63,990 nt of DNA, from contig NMRA01000027.1 in the NCBI GenBank assembly GCA_002633005.1, forward strand, positions 533,275-597,264. Direction: 5' to 3'. A program made the position numbers and the translations under genes. The notes under the pieces were generated by a model, which searched no databases, was not told where the DNA came from, and saw only the letters and a program-made list of their open reading frames with translations. Positions 61,301 through 63,990 of the stretch are shown piece after piece (positions within the stretch are counted from its first letter, which is position 1; each line of letters begins with the position of its first letter). This DNA comes from Phoronis australis. Taxonomy: Eukaryota > Animalia > Phoronida.

Positions 61301-63940
61301 AAATGCTGGTCATAGAATAAAGATTTTTAATAAACTGAATATTTACAGGACAGTGAATTGGGGCAAGGGGCTCAAACATTAGTGACCCAGCCTAAGAGTT
61401 TTAACTTAAAAGACCAAACACTGAACATCCAATTCACACTCATTTTAACAGGAACGAATTCTGCCATTTCACCTCTAGTCAAATGAAGCGCACAGTTTAA
61501 ACACAAGCACACATTGGTGTTTTAATTCTATTTTTGAGATGCCCAGCCACTTAGATTAGCATGTAGCCTTTGTCCACCTTTACACCCAGGACATCTAAGC
61601 TGAGAAACTCACACCTTAGGAGGTGGGGATTAAAAGGGCACTACGTCAGATAGATATTATATGTAGAGCTTCTCATAGGCCGAGTCAGTGACTACCTGAG
61701 ATAGATATTGTATGCAGACCTTCTGACAGGCCGAGTTAGTGACTGGGATATTGCTGCCCATATAATGGTGCACTACCTCAGATATTATGTAGAGGTTCTG
61801 ATAGGCTGACTCAGTGACTGAGATATTGCTGCCCACATAATGCTGAACAAGGTCACTTTGCTAATGCTCAGGCCAAGTCCAATACCACGTTCACACCAGA
61901 AACAATCATAAAATTTCAGATATTTTTTAATCCTTGCTTCCTAAAGCAATTATGTTATCAGCACGTGATTATTGTTATGATGGTAACTAGAAACTAGATA
62001 TACCCTATAGACATACACAGGAAGTCGTGACCTAACAACATTCACAAGTGGGCCAGCCACCATGTCTTCACTGTGTTTTACTATAAACAATCTCAGCAAG
62101 ATTCTTCTCCCGGTCACGGCACTAAGAGTACAGTAAAAAGGTGAAAAATTCCTTTTTACTTCCAAAGTTATTTTTTTTAAGGAAAATACTTAATGAACTG
62201 AGCTGTCGGTAGCAAAGAAAAAGACAATCAGGACAATAAAATGTTCAGTCACAACTTATGACTTAATTGTTGAAAATAACCCAACGTAAAATGTTCACAG
62301 TCACAAGTTATGACTTGACAGTTGAAAATACCCCAATGTAAAATGTTCAAAGTCACAACTTATGACGTGATTGTTGAAATACCCCCATGTAAAATCTGAC
62401 CAAATGTTCCTTGTGCAGTTTCAAACCAAAATCAAAATCAAACTTCAACACCAGAAAGCCTTCACAGTGAAAAGTATATCAGACTTGAGAGCATATACTT
62501 AACAGTAAAGAGCAGAGAAAGCACAGACAAACCCAAAACAAAGAAACCATAACAGCGCAAACTTGTACCAAACTGTCTTTAGCAAATGACCCCAAGAAAG
62601 AATTTTATAAAATTTGACTTCATTACTTACAAGGACAGCATAGCTACTCATGTTCAGCGGGTCGTCTGCTATCGGGCACGTGACGGCGCAATTACAAAGA
62701 TGTGACAACAACATGTCGATATGCTCCTTGTCCGATGCCATAGACGACGTTATGAATGACGAGACACTCTGTAGTAGCTTGGTGATAGTGAGCAACTGAG
62801 GAAAGAAATATCCAGTTTGAGCGGAGAGTTAAAACTAACAATGTCGATCTTTGGAGCGAAATCGCAGAGTTTGAGCTGATTTTTTTTGAAAAAAAAATGA
62901 GCAACTAAAAATACTGCTCAATCTGAAAGTTTCATGTGAATATGAAGTCCTTCTGAAGTCAGCCATCAATCTAGACATTCTTTAATGGTCCTACCCAACT
63001 TTAAAAGGACACTTTTCACAACTTTAACATGAATATTACGAATATTCCGACTTAAAGATCGACCAAACATGATTTTCGTTGCCATGACATAAACTGGTTA
63101 CAACCCCTATTAGTAAACTCACTTGTCATTGAATTAAAGTAGCTGAAGGCAGGTCTGCTCTGTTAAATCTTGACATGTTTTGCATGGTTTATTTGCTACG
63201 TGATGTTCAAAATGGAATTTCGCAGAAGAAATAATTTGTCGTATTTTACAATATGGAGACCATAGCTGGTAAGGAGACCATAGTTTGTATGGAGACCATA
63301 GTTTGTATGGAGACCACAATTTGTATGGAGACCATAGTTTGTATGGAGACCATAGTTTGTAGGGAGACCATAGTTTGTATGGAGACCATAGTTTGTATGG
63401 AGACCATAGTTTGTATGGAGACCATAGTTTGTATGGAGACCATAGTTTGTATGGAGACCATAGTTTGTATGGTTAAGTAACTGGACGGAATTACTCTTTC
63501 TGATCCAACTGTAGCATTCAAATCTATTCTCTTAAAAAATACTTTCAAAATTTACCAAAAAATCCCAGCACAAGCATTGTTTGGTTCTATTATCCAATCA
63601 CTTCAACACTGTATTACAGTAAACAGCCAAAACACACACCTTGGAGTCGAACAGGGCTCCGTCGCTTGTGCAGTATAGGCAGACCCCCAAAAGTGATTCC
63701 AGCAGTGACAGCGCTACCTGGTAAGAAGTTTCAAAATGTTCGTCTGCGTGTGACCTCTTATCATGAAGAAGAGTCTGAATGATTTCGGGTTTCAACAGCT
63801 CAACAAGGAGTTTATATGCATGGTCTGGGCCAGTGAATACTTCAATGAACTGCCGCCTGTAGATGTCACTACTGGCTAGCATCTTGTAGCATGTTCGCCA
63901 AATGTCATGGTGATACAACAAAGTTGGAATGTCAGTCAAA
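29416..63940 (-). CDS. LYST: Lysosomal-trafficking regulator (Chediak-Higashi/beige; ConA-like, ARM, PH, BEACH, WD40), 5'-partial, 42 distinct exons in window, ~2,725 codons
   Basis: Hand-spliced, phase-consistent exons (transcript order): 63640-63940, 62631-62795, 61170-61305, 59845-60053, 59577-59649, 59115-59224, 58248-58728, 57323-57449, 56775-56913, 56285-56453, 55695-55888, 55286-55555, 54717-54890, 54133-54414, 53600-53798, 51746-51874, 51005-51436, 50334-50476, 49029-49207, 48496-48625, [duplicates 48384-48485, 47499-47677, 46963-47092], 46644-46834, 45566-45825, 44343-44699, 43666-44027, 42829-43040, 42292-42480, 41411-41556, 41063-41168, 39795-40068, 39074-39211, 38032-38205, 37009-37171, 36299-36439, 35796-36013, 35344-35523, 34607-34802, 34219-34355, 33556-33654, 32917-33059, 31438-31535, 30812-30968, 29416-29608. 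LYST-type motifs: [91 protein letters not shown]. Confidence 0.95.
29748..30770. mobile_element. Decayed Helitron/Helentron-associated-like repeat in the last LYST intron
   Basis: ACAAGAG start, ATACCAAATTTGATGAAGATCC and GTAAAATTTCACAAATATCC modules (reverse complement of modules at 14130-15330), CACTAGGGGGCAC motif. Confidence 0.45.
32146..32255. repeat. 21-bp tandem repeat x5
   Basis: TGAGT(G/A)TCACATGACTTCAGC. Confidence 0.92.
35344..39211 (-). CDS. LYST: LYST BEACH-domain exons
   Basis: [124 protein letters not shown]. Confidence 0.95.
36700..36766 (-). mobile_element. Possible decayed tRNA-derived SINE head
   Basis: The - strand reads GGCCTAGGTGGTGG...GGGTTTGAATCCTGCC (A-box-like and B-box-like). 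No intact cloverleaf. Confidence 0.3.
39795..40068 (-). CDS. LYST: LYST PH-like (BEACH-associated) domain exon
   Basis: [14 protein letters not shown]...[34 protein letters not shown], immediately N-terminal to BEACH. Confidence 0.9.
41670..42108. mobile_element. Harbinger-type MITE with CTG target-site duplication
   Basis: CTG|TGCCCAGTTACATGAAACAGTCCCAAAT ... ATTTGGGACTGTTTCATGCAACCGGCCA|CTG. Internal GGGACTCAAC/GTTGAGTCCC subterminal repeats. Confidence 0.75.
46954..50435. repeat. Direct duplication of three LYST exons (46954-48485 vs 48487-50435) across a single N; probable uncollapsed haplotype
   Basis: Both copies run ACTGTGTACCTGAC...GAGTAGGTTATC, with N at 48486. The coding differences seen are synonymous only. 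Confidence 0.9.
50535..50648. repeat. 19-bp tandem repeat x~6
   Basis: GAGGGGTACTAATGGGCTT. Confidence 0.9.
57083..57160. repeat. 26-bp tandem repeat x3
   Basis: ATGTGAAACACCATCTCATATCAAAT. Confidence 0.9.
61640..61845. repeat. Degenerate tandem repeat (~3 copies)
   Basis: ACTACCTCAGATA...TATGTAGAG.TTCT.ATAGGC.GA.TCAGTGACT recurring. Confidence 0.7.
62237..62395. repeat. ~51-bp tandem repeat x3
   Basis: AAAATGTTCA..GTCACAACTTATGACTT.A..GTTGAAAATA.CCCA..GT. Confidence 0.8.
63253..63471. repeat. 18-bp minisatellite x~12
   Basis: ATGGAGACCATAGTTTGT. Produces the spurious METIVC/QTMVSI ORFs. Confidence 0.95.
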
Positions 63941-63990
63941 CTGGAACATTTAGTTTTCTGTTCGTCAGAAACCTTGGATACAATGCAGAC

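Noticed and set aside
63134-63548. Repetitive ORFs (METIVC)n / (QTMVSI)n
   Set aside because: Translations of an 18-bp intronic minisatellite. The flanking LYST exons join in phase without it.

Overview
AT-rich, intron-dense animal genomic DNA. It looks like a marine invertebrate, possibly a deuterostome such as a hemichordate, but the taxon is only inferred. Two spliced genes converge tail-to-tail. (1) A complete AREL1-like HECT E3 ubiquitin ligase lies on the + strand: 18 coding exons, 5745-26595, about 998 aa when spliced by hand, with an extra TM/SAM-like/SAM-like/TM N-terminus. (2) The 3' part of a LYST (Chediak-Higashi/beige) BEACH-WD40 gene lies on the - strand: 42 distinct coding exons, 63940 down to 29416, about 2,725 codons, with the 5' end outside the window. 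Three LYST exons appear twice across a single N, most likely an uncollapsed allele. Introns and flanks hold a decayed Harbinger-like transposon with nested MITEs, several palindromic MITEs, Helitron/Helentron-like repeats with CTCF-like motifs, and many minisatellites. The most unusual signals are an antisense solo-LTR-like element with an hsp70-style promoter (heat-shock-element cluster, TATA, Inr, poly(A) signal) in an AREL1 intron, and five tandem repeats seeded exactly at exon-intron junctions, one of which creates four consecutive splice donors. No prokaryotic-type system (CRISPR etc.) is present. All calls come from manual reading, with no database searches.
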